From assembly GCF_006345805.1 (NCBI RefSeq), contig NC_043001.1, positions 135,160,001 to 135,224,000 of the forward strand: 64,000 nt of DNA. The letters run 5' to 3'. Both the position numbers and the translations under genes were made by a program. Below the pieces are notes generated by a model. The model worked only from the letters and a program-made list of their open reading frames with translations, ran no database searches and was not told the DNA's origin. Shown here one piece after another: positions 24,273-36,692 of this stretch (positions within the stretch are counted from its first letter, which is position 1; every line of letters starts with the position of its first letter). This stretch comes from Octopus sinensis. Taxonomy: Eukaryota.

Positions 24273-24637
24273 AATCAAGGGGAGATACTACTACATTAAA
24301 GAATATAATAATTCTTTCTACTATAGACACAAGGCCTGAAATTTTTTAGGGAAGAAGAATGGCTTCAAATTTTGGCACAAGGCCAGCAATTTTGGGGGAG
24401 GGTAAGCTGGTTAAATTGACCCCAGTACTCAACTGGTACTATTTTATTGAGCCTGAAAGGTGAAGTTAACCTTGGTGGAATTTGTTACACTGGTGCTTAA
24501 TTTATCAACCCCAAAAGGATGAAAAGCAAAGTCAACCTCAGCGGAATTTGAACTCAGAACATAGTGACAGGCAAAATACCGCCAGGCATTTTGTCCAGTG
24601 TGCTAATGATTCTGCCTGCTTGCCGCCTTATTAAAGG

Positions 24638-24675
<38 letters not shown>

Positions 24676-24730
24676 TGCTGTAGCCTGATGTTAGGAATTT
24701 TTCTTCTCCAACAGTCTAATCTGTTGTGTG

Positions 24731-25073
24731 TATGCAGAGATCCCCTTCAGTCATGAATGACCATGGGTTTGCACCTAGAAAGTTACCCTCTGAGGCACAA
24801 GTCTGGGCAAGGTTGTTTATGGAAGACCAGCAGTCACCCATGGATACCAGTCTCCTCTCTCTATGCCACCGATGTTATCCAAGGGAAAGGCAAAGTCTGA
24901 TACAGCTTGGCACCAGTGATGGTCACAACTCATTTCTACAACTGAGTGAACTGGAGCAACGTGAAATAAAGTGTCTTGCTCAAGAACACAACACACAGCC
25001 CTGTCTAGGAATTGAACTCATAACCTCATGATTGTAAGCTCAACACTCAAACCATTGAGCCATGCGCCTTCAC
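24731..25073 (-). mobile_element. SINE family E head/core with a different tail (Z)
   Basis: Head GAAGGCGCATGGCTC...GAGTTCAATTCC and core shared with E; 3' ~190 bp unrelated to tail X. Confidence 0.75.
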
Positions 25074-25101
25074 ATATGTGTATATATGAATAATAATAAT
25101 A

Positions 25102-25345
25102 ATAGCCATTGAATTACAGAGACTATGGTAAAAATGGATCCCTGTAGTTATAGGTGCATTAGGAACTATCCCTAAAGATTTGAACAGAGGGATAGAGGAA
25201 ATAGGCATGAACTCAGTTTAGTAGAGCTTCAGAAAAGTGTTATAAAGGACAGCTAAGATACTTAGGAAGATTCTTGGCATCTAAGGTTTACTTGTAGCTC
25301 GATGTTAGGAATTTTTGAGTTCCAACATTCTAATCTGTTGTGCTT
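25102..25345 (+). mobile_element. R4/Dong-type LINE extreme 3' fragment after (AAT)n
   Basis: IAIELQRLW...IPVVIGALGTIPKDL...LQKSV...TAKILRKILGI*; its 3' UTR also occurs at 24677-24730 after (AAT)n. Confidence 0.75.
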
Positions 25346-25362
25346 ATATGAATTTTACTTGT

Positions 25363-25593
25363 ATTCTTTTACTTGTTTCAGTCATTTGACTGGGGCCATG
25401 CTGGAGCACTGCCTTTAGTCGAGCAAATCGACCCCAGGACTTATTCTTTGTAAGCCTAGTACTTATTCTATCAGTCTCTTTTCCCGAATCGCTAAGTCAC
25501 AGGGACGTAAACACACCAACATCGGTTGTCAAGTGATAGTGGCAGGCCAAACACAGACACACAAATACATCCACACACACACACACAAATATA

Positions 25594-25647
<54 letters not shown>

Positions 25648-25808
25648 CATGACAGGCTTCTTTCAGTTTCCACCTACCAAATCCATTCACAAGGCTTTGG
25701 TTGGCTCGAGGTTATAGTAGAAGACACTTGCCTCAGGTGCCATGCAGTAGGACTGAACCTGGAACCATGAGGTTGGGAAGTAAGCTTCTTACCACACAGC
25801 CACTCCTG
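25363..25808 (-). mobile_element. SINE family C, complete
   Basis: Head CAGGAGTGGCTGTGTGG..GGTTCAGTCC, internal (TA)/(TG) microsatellite, tail GACTGAAACAAGTAAAAG. Confidence 0.9.
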
Positions 25809-26093
25809 TGCCTATAACAACAACAACAGCAATAATAACTTGTTCTTCTATAGGCACAAGGGCTGAAATTTGTGGTGCAAGTGCTAGTTGATTTTATCAA
25901 TCACAGTGCTCAGCTGGTACTTATTTCATTGACCCTGAAAGGACAAAAAGCACGGTCAGCCTTGGTGGAATTTGAACTCAGAACATAAAGACAGACAAAA
26001 ATGCTGCAAAGCATTTTGTTCAGCATGCTAACGATTCAGCCAGGTCACTGCCTTAATGATAATAATAATAACAACAACTAAATATGAACAATG

Positions 26094-26264
26094 GGCGTAG
26101 GAGTGGCTGTGTGGTAAGTAGCTTGCTTATGAACCACATAGTTCCGGGTTCAGTTCCACTGTATAGCACCTTGGGCAAGTGTCTTCTTCTATAACCTTGG
26201 GCCGACCAAAGCCTTGTGAGTGGATTTTTTAGACAGAAACTGAAAGAAGCCCATCGTATATATA

Positions 26265-26324
<60 letters not shown>

Positions 26325-26563
26325 ATGTGCGTGTGTGTGTGTGTATGTTTGTGTGTCTGTGTTTACCCCCGCCACACACACACACATCGCTTGACAACTG
26401 ATGCTTGTGTGTTTATGTCCCCGTAACTTAGCGGTTCGGCAAAAGAAGCTGATAGAATAAGTACTAGGCTTACAAAGAATAATTCCTGGGGTCGGTCGGT
26501 TTGTTCGACTAAAGGCAGTGCTCCAGCATGGCCACAGTCAAATGACTGAAACAAGTAAAAGAG
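26094..26563 (+). mobile_element. SINE family C, complete
   Basis: As above, opposite orientation. Confidence 0.9.
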
Positions 26564-28550
26564 TAATAAAATGTAAAGAATGTGAAATACCACTAATACT
26601 AAAAGCAATAATTAGAAAAATAGGGTAAAAGGGACAAGTCTTAGAAGAAGATAGTGGTGGGTAAAGAAAGTTATCTCCATCTATATTTAATTGACCATTT
26701 TCTCTCAGAAAATTCCAGAATGTTAATTTTGATTTATGCTTGCAATTTACTATTAACTAATTGCATTTCTTTAACATACTTTCCCTATTAACTAATAGAA
26801 TTTTGCAAGACTGCAAGCTCTTCCATCACACTGGTAAAGTTTTGCTGTGGCTACAGTAGACCAGTTAATGTAATAACTGTATTCCTAGATTTCAAGGAAG
26901 TATTTGGCTAGCAATGTGGAAAATTTTAATTTTTCACTAGTAAAGGTATGCTTAAGGATGGAAATTCTTTTCTTGGCCAGATTAGTAGTCAATCTGATTT
27001 AAAAGCAAGTACTATTATCCATGTTAACAAATCACTTGTACACCATGTTCTCATGGACTCAATCCCCGACAGCCCTTCTTAAATTTACAATTATATTTAC
27101 ATTATAGAATTCGATTAATTGTTTAGAAAATATACTATTTATGTTAAGTAGTTTAGGTGCAATCAAACAGTTGACTTGTTTACTTACTATGTTACTAGAA
27201 ATAGTCAGTGTTAGGGTATCAATTTCAGTATTACCCCTGTTTTTGGTACTATTAAAAATACCAGTCAAAAGATAGTCTTTCAAGCTGGAATTTAGATTTA
27301 GGCTGAAAATAAATGAGAATCCATATTACATAGTTTACTAAGTAATGGTAATTCACTAAAATTAATTTTAATTCTTAAACCTATTAAGTGCTACTATAGT
27401 TGCTTCCTGGTTAGTGATAGCAAGATATGAAACTTTTAAAGTTTTCTCATTTAAAATTCTTTCGGAATGAGAGTTTTAATATTACTGGCAAAGAGAGAAT
27501 TTACCAGGAAACTTAATTTTTTGTATGTTTTTTGGTACTACCATTAATTAACTGGACATTTCCCATGGTTTCATTTCCAAGTAGTAATGTCAACACTTTG
27601 GAAATTACCTTCCTTAGTGTACTTATTATCCCTGGATGATTCACTTTGAATGTAACTGCTCTTATCCTCAATGACATAAGTACCATCTCCTGTTCTTGTA
27701 GATTTCATTAGGTCAATGGTATTAAAGTTAATCCTCTTACAACCTCTTACTAGTCTTCTTACTAACAGTTATATTCCGAGTATTCACAGAATTCTTCTTA
27801 CTGTTATGTTAACATGAAGTGCTTTTTTACACTTCATGTTATCATAGTATAAGAGATCATCTCCTCCTTATAGCCACTGCATTTAAGGGCCTCATTATAA
27901 TATTCAACATTATTTCTAAATATCCTACTACAAGTGGAAAAATCAGAAATCCTTATAGAAATATTCCTAAACTATTCATAGTTGAATTTGAATGGTTGGA
28001 TGACGATGATGATGGTAATGATGACGACAACAACGATGATAACAATAGTGATGGTGATGATGTTTATGACGATCATCATCATCATCATCATCAGTGTCAT
28101 TTAATGCCCACTTTTCCATGCATGCATGGATCAGGTAGAATTTGTCAAGGTAGTTTTCTTTGGTTGAATGTTCTTCTTGCCATCAACTCACACCTGTTTC
28201 CAAGAAAGGTAATATCTCTCTATGACCAGACACATTTTTCGGGGAAGATTGGAAATGATGGACACCATTTGCATGATTGTGACATCATGAAATCAAGGCA
28301 AGAAGACAGTAACATAAGTACATGCATACATTAACACACATACATACAAACATACACACATATCTCTTTCATACATTAATTAAGAACACATGTTTGAAAA
28401 AGGTAACTGAAAGTGCTCACACACTAAGAAAAGAAAACTTCTTCTACAAAAGGTTATTAACATTCTCATAAAAGATTTAACTTTACTAACTTTACATATA
28501 TCAGACTTAGAAGGATATTGTTAATAAGTTCTTCTAACAACCCAAACATA

Positions 28551-28778
28551 TTAACGCTTTAGCATTCAGATTATTTTGTGAAATGTGATGCTTATTCATT
28601 GACATTGTTTTGAATTAATGTTACATTATCTTATAGCTTTGAGAATTCAATGATGTGATTGTATATTTTTGGAATGACATTGTGTGGTGGGTGTGAAGTA
28701 TTGGATCTGGCCAGTTTCAACATAAAAAAGGCAGAATATTTTAGCCAGATATGGTTGGTTTAAATACGAAAGGGTTAG
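28551..28778. mobile_element. piggyBac-like MITE (diverged)
   Basis: TTAACGCTTTAGCATT ... AATACGAAAGGGTTAG imperfect terminal inverted repeats. Confidence 0.45.
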
Positions 28779-29090
28779 ATCAAAGTGGGGACCTGTAAGC
28801 TTTATTTAGAGCAATGATTCCCAATATGGGGCATACATCCTATCGATAGTGCCTGAAAAAATTGTGGTGAGGTGTGAGATCCAAAATTTTCTTCTTTTTT
28901 TTTTAGTGGAACAAGGAATAGTGAAAATCTTGTATTTCACAGCAAACATACTACATGGACATTTTTTTTCCAGTCACTGATGGAAAAAAGTTTCTGGAAA
29001 GTTATTGTGGGGCTTGGGGGAAAATAGGCTGGGTAACAAGGTTTTAGAGGTTCTGTTCAATCGTCTGATTTTAATTTAGCTATTAATGTT

Positions 29091-29552
29091 ATCATCATCA
29101 TCATCATCATTTAACGTCCGTTCTCCATGCTAGCATGGGTTGGACGGTTCGACTGGGGATCTGGGAAGCCAGAAGGCTGCACCAGGCTCCGGTCTTATCT
29201 GGCAATGTTTCTACAGCTGGATGCCCTTCCTAACGCCAACCACTCCGTGAGTGTAGTGGGTGCTTTTTACGTGCCACCTGCTCTGGAGCCAGGCGAGGCT
29301 GGCATCGGCCACGGTCGGATTGGTGCATTTTACGTGCCACCTGCACGGAAGCCAGTCGAGGCGGCACTGGCTTCGGCCGCGATTCGGATGGTGCTTTTTA
29401 TGTGCCACCGACACGGAAGCCAGTCGAGGCGGCACTGGCATCGGCCACGATTCGGATAGTGCTTTTTACGTATCTCCAGTCCAGGGGTCCTGGCATCTGC
29501 CAGGTGCCAGTCATAGGATTGGTTCAATTTCGATTCCGATTTCGATTTCGAA
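29091..29552 (-). mobile_element. SINE family B with 62-70-bp internal tandem repeats
   Basis: B core plus four GTGC(T/A)TTTTA(C/T)GT anchors at 29260-29470. Confidence 0.85.
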
Positions 29553-30925
29553 ATTACATGATGTATTAATATTTGTCTTTTAATTTTCATTTAGTTCTTT
29601 CTGTACAAATTTTATATGTATGTTTAGGTCCATAGAAATATTTCCATTCTTGTAGGCCAGCACCTGTAGTTTCTCAGATCTCTGAATTCCATTAAAATTT
29701 CTGAAAGTTTCTATTGAAAAGGATTGTGTTGTTTATGGAATTTTATGTTCACGATCATATTAAGAAGGGATGGAAAAGGTGCTTGTATGGGGAAAATTTG
29801 CCGGTCACTAAACAGCTAAATTATCCCTCTTTCACTAATTCTGATATGTTTCCATTTTTTTCTTATGGAAGTAGAAAGCCCTCCATCTCAAATAATCAAT
29901 AAGAGCATTAGTGATTTTGAAGCATCAACTCCAGATAAGCCCTAATGCTTGGTGTCTGCTTAATTTTTATCTGTGTCTATTTCTTCTTTCTTCCATTTTG
30001 ATCCCCAACTGTTTTCCCTTCTTTTCCTATGATTGGGATTTTACTCCCTGTTTAACCATTTACTTATTTACTTATATTACCCGCTTCATTCTACAGCTCT
30101 GTTTTTCCATCTCTTTCTCTGTCCTATCATTTTCTATCTTCTTTTGCTTCTTCTTTGTATTTTGGTGGGTTTTCTAAGACTATCTGGACAATTACTATAT
30201 ATAGAGAGTAAATTTTAATATACCCATAAATTTGGAAATGTTGACTGATGAAGGAAGCATTACATTTTAGTGAATAGTAGTATATACTTCTTAGCCTGTT
30301 CCCAAGTAGGAAATAAGTTGACTCCACTAAATAAACTAAAGTTATTCTATTAAACTGCATTTTTATATTCAAAAATCTACATTCAATAAATTAACGAATC
30401 TATGTTCAATGAACATAACAGGAATCTTCTGTATATTAACTTGATGGATAATGTAATCAAGATAATGCAAGGAAATTAATTACTGTGTATAATTAATGTG
30501 TTAATGGACACTATTAATAAAGGTTGGTGCCTTTTGTCAACTTTAACCCAAACATGTAACTTGAAGGAGAAAATGAAGTGGAGAGAGCAACTTGTTAAGA
30601 CAAGCAATATAGTTTCCTTTCGATGGTTCATCAGCTCATGGATTAGGTTGAATTTTCTAGTCTTTTATCTGTCAAGAATCTTTGGCCAAGCTGTTTGGCT
30701 AGAAAACTTACATACTTCTTATGAAGATTGCTACCTCAAGAATAATAAGTCAATAATTGCTGACCGGTTGAGTCATATTTGAGTGGGCATTGATATCTTT
30801 TATGGTGACATTTTTACTTTTAAGAAAATATATTAGTTTGTGAGTTTGGTCTGTGATTAACATTAGAGCCAAACCCTGAATAGTTTGTTGTGCACAGAGT
30901 GCAACTAAGCATACCTACACACACA

Positions 30926-30995
<70 letters not shown>

Positions 30996-31009
30996 GTATG
31001 TGCGTGTGT

Positions 31010-31400
31010 GTGTATGGCTGTTTGGTAAGAAGTTTGCATCCCAACCGCATGATTCTGGGTTCAGTCCCATTGCACCTTGAGCAAATGTTTTCTACAATAG
31101 CCTCAGGCTAACCAAAGCCTTGTGAGTGGATTTGGTACACAGAAACTGAAAGGAGCTCGTCACTCAGACACACACACACACACACACACACACACCTGTC
31201 TATGTGTCTTTATGTCTTTGCTTGTGCTTGACAACAGGTGTTTGATTATTTGTATTACCATAACCTAGCAGTTTGACAAAAGAGACCAATAGAATAAACA
31301 TCAGTCTGAACATAAAAAAAAAAGCACTGGGATTGATTCATTAACTAAAAACTTAGTGCTCCAGCATGGGTGCTGTCTAATGACTGAAACAAGTAAGATA
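31010..31400 (+). mobile_element. SINE family C, diverged complete copy
   Basis: Head GGCTGTTTGGTAAG..GGGTTCAGTCCC and C tail. Confidence 0.75.
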
Positions 31401-31426
31401 AAAGGTAAAAGATACATACATAGATG

Positions 31427-31980
31427 TCATCATCATCATCATTTAACGTCCATTGTCCCTGCTGGCATGGGTTGGATGGTTTGACTGGGCTGGCGTGCTG
31501 GAAGGCTGCACCAGACTCCAGTCTGATTTGACATGGTTTTCTATGGCTGGATGCCCTTCCTAATACCAACCACTCCAAGAGTGTAATGGGTGCTTTTACA
31601 TGCTGCTGCATGGGTGCCATTTGCATGGCACTGTGGTGCATTTACATGCCACGGGGACAGGTGCCAATTTGCGTGACACTGGTATCTGCCACAACTGTGA
31701 TTTTGCTCAGCTTGATGGGTCTTCTTCTCAAGCATGACATAATGCTAAAGGTCTTGGTTATTGCCTCCATGAGGCCCAATGCTTGAAAGAAACTCAGCCA
31801 CCTTGCTTTCACGAGCCCCAACACGCAAAAGGTATTCAGCCACTTTGCTTTCATGAGCCCCAACACTCGAAAGGTACTCAGCCACTTTGACTCCATCAGG
31901 CCCAACATTTGAGAGGAACTCAGCCACTTTGCTTCTGTCAGGCCCAATGCTTGAGAGGAACTCAGCCACTTCGCCTCCAT
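31427..31980 (-). mobile_element. SINE family B subfamily copy with 42-bp tandem array (31762-31980)
   Basis: Same subfamily as 8025-8363; about five units of CAGCCACTTTGC.TC..TGAGGCCCAACA.T.GA.AGG.ACT. Confidence 0.85.
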
Positions 31981-32270
31981 ATATCTATTGTAGACAAAAA
32001 TGAATATTACACCATATGATACGTACCAAGTATGCCTTTAGTACATACATGGATTTTCAGGGTACCCAGGATGAATGAATGACTGTTTAACTCTGTATAG
32101 ACTTCTGAACTGGCCAGTTGAATTACCTAATTTTTCTGAGTGACCTGTTTAGCCAAAGTGATCTTGAGGTGGTTCTTAGTTAAGAAGATGTATTTGATCT
32201 CACTGTATTACTAAATCTATATGTGTACGTGTGTACATGTGGTGGTGGTGGTGGTGGTAGTGGTGTGTGT

Positions 32271-32497
32271 GGCGAGCTGGCAGAAACGTTAGCATGCCGG
32301 GCGAAATGCTTAGCGGTATTTCGTCTGCGTTACGTTGTGAGTTCAAATTCCGCCGAGGTCGACTTTGCCTTTCATCCTTTCGGGATCGATAAATTAAGTA
32401 CCAGTTACGCACTGGGGTCGATGTAATCGACTTAATACCTATGTCTGTCCTTGTTTGTCCCCTCTGTGTTTAGCCCCTTGTGGGTAATAAAGAAATA
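32271..32497 (+). mobile_element. SINE family D with Tx1-like tail
   Basis: Flanked by direct repeat GGTAGTGGTGTGTGTG. Confidence 0.9.
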
Positions 32498-33669
32498 GGT
32501 AGTGGTGTGTGTGTGTGTGTGTGTGTATGTGTGTGTGTGTGTATGTACATACATGCATGTGTAAGCTCTGAACTGGATGGCTGTGAAGTGAGCTTTTTTT
32601 AATCACTTACCCAACTGCTCAACCAGGGACAGAAAATCAAATGAATCAATGTAATTCACCACAAAGTCAGTACACAATAACTACAGGAATCATATAGCTT
32701 GAACCTGTGACCTAGCTACTTAGAAGAGAGCCCCTTAATGCATTCCTTCTACCGTTCCTGTTTTATGAATAAATAATTATTTCACGTTCATGTTCCTATT
32801 AGACGTAACATAAGAAGGGTAATTTGGTTTGAAAAGCTGTCAACTCAGCGCCAGCTGATTGTGACGACAGAATAGAATCTCTGACAGACCATCTACCATA
32901 TACACAGAGCAATATGAATAAATGTAATTAGCACAATTATATGAATCCATAATTTAACAAAGTATCACCTGATTAGTAATTATACTTTATATCTGTCTTT
33001 CTCTTTTTCTCACTTTCTTTCCTGCCATTTTACTCACCAGTATTCTTCATAAAATTACTGCCTCAGTAAAAATATATTATGAACCTCAACACAAAATATG
33101 CCATGTTAACTGAATTAAAAAAAAAGAAGTGTAGCAGGGTAGGTCACGTATTTTAGTCTAGTTGAATGCATTTGTCTTTCTTAGCCAATTAATTAGTGTC
33201 TAGGTACAATTCACCATTGACACTGTCACCGAGATAGAGAGATTTCACTAATGCATTCATGAAGAGCTAAATAATTGAGAGCATTGTGGAAACAGGAAAT
33301 GAACTCCTGCTCCTGGCCATCCTGAATAAAGATAATTCACTTTGCTTAGAATATTCATTTGTTCAATTGTTTAACGTGTTTCCCATGCTGGAATGGATTG
33401 GATAAGAATTTATTCAAGCCAGGATTTTACAGTTTGACACCAAACCTTATATGTTTTTTCAAGTAAGGAATTCTTAAAATTATTTTCCTGGTCTTAGAAA
33501 GTACAAAACCGTCATAATGTCAACAAAGAATGCGAACATTATATCAATGTTTTCTGTTGGCAGTGATGAACAAAATTGTAAGCACTGGTGCTGGTGCCAC
33601 ATAAAAAGCACTCAATACACTTTGTAAAGTGGTTGGGATTAGAAAGGGCATCCAACTATAGAAACAAAG

Positions 33670-33903
33670 GCGGCGAGCTGGCAGAAACGTTAGCACGCCG
33701 GGCGAAATGTGTAGCCGTATTTCGTCTGCCGTTACGCTCTGAGTTCAAATTCCGCCAAGGTCGACTTTGCCTTTCATCCTTTCGAGGTCGATAAATTAAG
33801 TACCAGTTACGCACTGGGGTCGATGTAATCAACTTAATCCGTTTGTCTGTCCTTGTTTGTCCCCTCTATGTTTAGCCCCTTGTGGGTAGTAAAAAAAAAA
33901 AAT
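33670..33903 (+). mobile_element. SINE family D flanked by a ~222-bp direct duplication
   Basis: 33448-33669 is repeated at 33911-34133. Confidence 0.9.
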
Positions 33904-34684
33904 GTATATATATATGTTTTTTCAAGTAAGGAATTCTTAAAATTATCTTCCTGGTCTTTGAAAGTACAAAACTGTCAAAATGTCAACAAAGAATGCGAGC
34001 ATTATATCAATGTTTACTGTTGGCAGTGACAAACAAAAATTGTAAGCACTGGTGCTGGTGCCATGTAAAAAGCACTCAATACACTTTGTAAAGTGGTTGG
34101 GATTAGAAAGGGCATCCAACTATAGAAACAAAGTCAAAACAGACAATGGAACTTGGTGCAACCTCTGGCTTTACCTATACCTATCAAGCTGTCCAACTCA
34201 TGCCAGCATGGAAAACGGATGTTAAATATTGATGATGATGTTGATGATAATGATGATGACTCATACAAATATGCATGCATATGTGCACACACAGACACAC
34301 ACACAGACACACACATACACACACACACAGAGGATGGTGGGTTGACAGAATCATTAGAGTATTGTGCAAAATATATTCTTGTATTCCTTCTGGTCCTGGT
34401 GGGATCAATTTTGCCATCAATCCTTTTCGGGATGATGAAATAAAGCATGAGTCAAGCACTCAAGTCAATGGAATCAACTAACACTCTCATCCACTCTGAC
34501 CTGGTGTCTAAATTAGAAACAGCATATACAGATGTACATACATATATACATACATATATGTGTGTGGATGTAGATGCGTGTGTATATATATATATATATG
34601 TGTGTGTATGTATATATATGTTTTTTATTAATAATTAGCAAGGGACCCTGACTCACCCTGTAAACTGTGCAGATGATTAATAAG

Positions 34685-34726
<42 letters not shown>

Positions 34727-34744
34727 CACACACACATATATATA

Positions 34745-35167
34745 CTCTTACTCTCTTTTACTCTTTTACTTGTTTCAGTCATTTGACTGCAGCCATGCTG
34801 GAGCACCGCCTTTAATCGATCAACTCGATCCCGGGACTTATTCTTTGTAAGCCCAGTACTTATTCTATCGGTCTCTTTTGCCGAACCGCTAAGTGACAGG
34901 GACATAAACACATCAGCATTGGTTGTCAAACAATGCTAGGAGGACAAACACAGACACACAAACATACATGCACACACACACACACACACACACATATATA
35001 CATATATACGACAGGCTTCTTTCAGTTTCCGTCTACCAAATCCACTCACAAAGCATTGGTCCACCCAAGGCTATAGTAGAAGACACTTGCCCAAGGTGCC
35101 ACACAGTGGGACTGAACCCGGAACCATGTGGTTGGTAAACAAGCTACTTACCACACAGCCACTCCTG
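34745..35167 (-). mobile_element. SINE family C, complete
   Basis: Full head-to-tail match to other C copies. Confidence 0.9.
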
Positions 35168-35239
35168 CACCTATATATATAATATAAGTATTGAGAGTAA
35201 AATTTATTATTAAAAAATAACAATTTATACCAGTGGCCA

Positions 35240-36049
35240 GCATGGTAATATTGGAATTGAATACTAGGTTAGGGTTGGGGTAAATTAGAAACTTACCCAG
35301 GATTTATAAGGCAAATAAGAAACTGGAGAGGATATAAAATCGACAAACATCAGCCAGTAAATATTCCATTATATCCATTTATTAAATGATAGCAAATTTG
35401 TGTTTAAGTGGTACAAGTAAATGAATGAGATCAGCCAATAAATACGTAACAGGAGTGGCTGTGTGGTAAGTAGCTTGTTTACCAACCACATGGTTCCGGG
35501 TTCAGTCCCACTGCGTGGCATCTTGGGCAAGAGTCTTCTGCTATAGCCTCGGGCCGACCAAAGCCTTGTGAGTGGATTTGATAGACGGAAACTGAAAGAA
35601 GCCTGTCGTATATATGTATATATATATGCGTGTGTTTGTTTGTGTGTCTGTGTTTGTCCCCCTAGCATTGCTTGACAACTGATTCTGGTGTGTTTATGTC
35701 CCCGTTACTTAGCGGTTCAGCAAAAGAGACCGATAGAATAAGTACTGGGCTTACAAAAGAATAAGTCCCAGGGTCGATTTGCTCGATTAAAAGGCAGTGC
35801 TTCAGCATGGCCGCAGTCAAATGACTGAAACACGTAAAAGAGTATACAGAGATGAATGAATAATAATAGATGAGTGTGCCCTTAAACACATGTTTGTTAT
35901 CATTTAATAAATGGATATAATGGAATATTTACTGGCTGATGTTTGTCAATTTTATATCCTCTCCAGTTTCTTATTTGCCTTATAAATCCTGGGTAAGTTT
36001 CTAATTTACCCCCACCCTAACCTAGTATTCAATTGCAATATTACCATGC
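35240..36049. mobile_element. Foldback/MITE-like element with ~169-bp inverted arms, containing a SINE C insertion (35450-35843, +)
   Basis: 35240-35408 is the near-perfect reverse complement of 35881-36049. Confidence 0.75.
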
Positions 36050-36295
36050 AATAGTAAGTACTTGGTTAAAAATACGTAGGTATACATCCAGTAGTACATT
36101 GGATGTTTAATATCCCTTACAAGGCTTATTCACCTCTAACTCATGCAGACATACATATATTACGTTTATATATTTGTTTTGCAAGATTCTTGATGTGAAA
36201 TCGTGTGTTGAAACAGATGTTGTTGTATTTAGGAATGGCCATTTTGCGAGTTTAGCCAATAAATATATATATATATATATGTATATGTATATGTG

Positions 36296-36331
<36 letters not shown>

Positions 36332-36366
36332 GATAAGAAAGTTGGTTTGTGAAAGCACGTGGGTGA

Positions 36367-36692
36367 ATATATAGAAAATAGTAAAGAGTGAAAAAACTAC
36401 AGAAGGCTTAAATGTTAAAAAATATATATATTTGCGTCAATATGTCTGAAAAATATTAGAAAATTAAAAAAAAAAGTTTTTTCTCTTATAATGACATAAT
36501 TTAAAAGAAAGACCGGTTTCGCGTAGAAATTTGAAAAGCTACACGCGAAACCGGTCTTTCTTTTAAATTATGTCATTATAAGAGAAAAAAAAAATCTTTT
36601 TAATATTCTTCAGACATATTGACGCAAATATATATATTTTTTAACATTTAAGCCTTCTGTAGTTTTTTCACTCTTTACTATTTTCTATATAT
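36367..36692. repeat. ~326-bp near-perfect palindrome (arms ~150-158 bp, 18-nt loop)
   Basis: 36367-36524 versus 36543-36692; the only notable differences are around the A/T runs. Confidence 0.92.

Noticed and set aside
30545-30580. Minus-strand CTGATGAACCATCGAAAGGAAAC as a hammerhead
   Set aside because: Stem II cannot form convincingly and stems I and III are absent.
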